From Macrostomum lignano (lineage: Eukaryota): 64,000 nucleotides of DNA. The notes beneath the pieces are model-generated. The model did no database searches. It was not told the origin of the DNA and was given only the letters and a program-made list of their open reading frames with translations. Positions within the stretch are counted from its first letter, which is position 1, and every line of letters starts with the position of its first letter. The stretch is taken from positions 186,001-250,000 of the forward strand of contig NIVC01001100.1 of assembly GCA_002269645.1 (NCBI GenBank). The letters are read 5' to 3'. Of this stretch, positions 62,264 to 64,000 are shown one piece after another. The translations under genes and the position numbers were made by a program.

Positions 62264-62956
62264 TTAAAGTCGTTTAGCCTGCGCATTCAATTTGTGTCAA
62301 AGTCAGTCAAGCTCTTGCAGCGAAATTGCGTGGCTACATACAACATATACATATCTATATTGTTTATAAGTTTTTACTGATCTCAACGAAGAATTGATGA
62401 CTTCTGGCCTTCTGGCAGAGAATTCACAATATGTAATGTACATTGTGCATTCACAGAGGCGTCCTGAAAATGCGAGCACCACGTATTTCTGTGCAAAAAT
62501 TGGTGTGCATTTATTTCAGAAAACAGTACCACATGTACATTACATTTAAAAGATTTTCAGCACTTTTCAGGGGCGTCGGAACCGCGCTCGGGGGGCACTA
62601 GCCCCCCCCCCCCCTTTAAGCATGATCCTGCGTGTGCCCCTTTTTGAATTCTAAACAAGTGTTGGGGTTTTGGGCTTTGGCTTTTTAGTCTTGGGAACTA
62701 AGGGTACAAGCTGGAGCGAGAGAGCACCGTTGCTATCCACACCCTTAGAGATCAATGTACCCTCGTACATGTAATATTAAATATTTTAATAAATTTTAAT
62801 TTTTAATAAATACAGTGGCCAGTATGTAGGGGTTATGCACATATCGTGCTCCCTTCATCAAGCGACAACATTCCTTCCTAATTCTTTCTCTGCCCCATCA
62901 CCGTTTGGTTGTATAGACCCCGTCACCCTCAATGGGTGGGCTTAGTGCTTTTAGTG

Positions 62957-63417
62957 CAGGGGTCGGCAAACTTTTTGCCTCAATGGTCAGATTAAGAATC
63001 TAGTGCATGACTGTGGGCCAGAGGAGAAGGAATAGAAAAGAGAAATAGGAGAAGCGATGGAATAAAGGAGAAGAGAGAGTAGACGAAAGGAGAGATGAAA
63101 TAGGATCGAGGAGAGACGAAATAGAAGAGGAGAGATGAAATAGGAGAGAGAGAGGAGGGAAGAGAGAAGAAAATGGAGAGGAAAAGGGAGCTATGAGAGG
63201 AGAGGAGAAAGGTGAGGAGATGAGAGGAGAGGAGAGAGGAGAGGAGCGGAGAGAGGTGAGGAGATGAGAAGAGAGAGGTGAGACAAGAGAGCTGAGAAGA
63301 GACACAAACATCGAGCGGGTCGGATTGCTGTTGTGAAGATTCAAAGGATCCGAAGCCGGATAGAGAGGCTTTGCGGGCGCCGCATGTCGCCGGCGGGTCG
63401 GAGTTTGCCGACCCCTG
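62957..63417. mobile_element. 461-bp hAT-type MITE with internal GA-rich microsatellite
   Basis: TIR CAGGGGTCGGCAAAC; 8-bp TSD TTTTAGTG on both sides. Confidence 0.92.
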
Positions 63418-63666
63418 TTTTAGTGTTTAGCCCTTTTATTTTACTCTGATCGACATTCCGAATCCGGAAAATTAAATAGTTGGTCTTGCCCTTGCAATTT
63501 TCATTCATTTGGGGTACTTACTAAATAAATTAAGTTTGAATCAGTTTCAATCAGTTGAAAATTCGAACATTTTCAGACTTTGGCTACTTCCAACACAGAA
63601 TCGAATATTGGCCTGGTTGTCATAATGTCACCGCATAATATACATATATTACATATACATAATATA

Positions 63667-64000
63667 CGCCCTGCTTGGACTCAACCGCGGGGACATCAGG
63701 GCGGTTACCATGGCCCTCTCGGGTCATGGCTGCTTTGCCAGGCATCGTTACCTCCAGGAGAAAATCCGCAGTGAGGAATGCCCTTTCTGCCTCTCCGGTG
63801 TCGAGAATGCGGAGCACTTCATCTGAGAGTGCCCCACCTTTACTCAGGACAGGCTGACCTACTTCGGCCCAGACCCGGACCTTTCTGACGTTTTCAGGCC
63901 CGAGAATCTCTGCCAGCTCGTCCGCTACCAAGGGCTACCGGGCGAGCGACAATCCACCTCCTGGACTCTCCGGAGGGGGACCGCGCTGCGGACGCCGGCG
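63667..64000 (+). mobile_element. 5'-truncated non-LTR retrotransposon, ORF2 C-terminal zinc-knuckle remnant
   Basis: Translation LSGHGCFARH...CPFC...ENAEHFI*ECP.F...R (CCHC knuckle) with an in-frame stop. Confidence 0.8.

Overview
Eukaryotic (invertebrate animal) genomic DNA with spliceosomal introns; no prokaryotic features. GC-rich exons and a minisatellite in almost every intron resemble a Macrostomum-type flatworm, but the host is inferred, not shown. Six protein-coding genes were reconstructed by hand from splice sites and phases: (1) a plakin-family cytolinker (+, 3767-27228, 5' end outside the window or unresolved) whose 6-kb exon carries 30 near-identical 49-aa Cys/Tyr-rich repeats; (2) a cytosolic sulfotransferase (+, 28621-32163); (3) a divergent GABA-B-like class C GPCR (-, 14 exons, one probable GC-AG intron); (4) an intronless ARF-family GTPase (+); (5) ATG4 (-), whose first coding exon has no usable in-frame ATG; (6) RPL9 (-), lying immediately upstream of ATG4. 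The rest is nested mobile DNA: three related non-autonomous Helitrons carrying satellite arrays (two joined head to tail inside a Kolobok-like MITE, one heavily CpG-decayed), a decayed IS630/Tc1-type transposon, solo LTRs, tRNA-derived SINEs, MITEs with intact TSDs and LINE fragments. Best leads: the plakin repeat exon, a possible RPL9-ATG4 operon in which a spliced leader supplies the start codon, and the satellite-carrying Helitron family. All coordinates and counts were read by eye, without searches.
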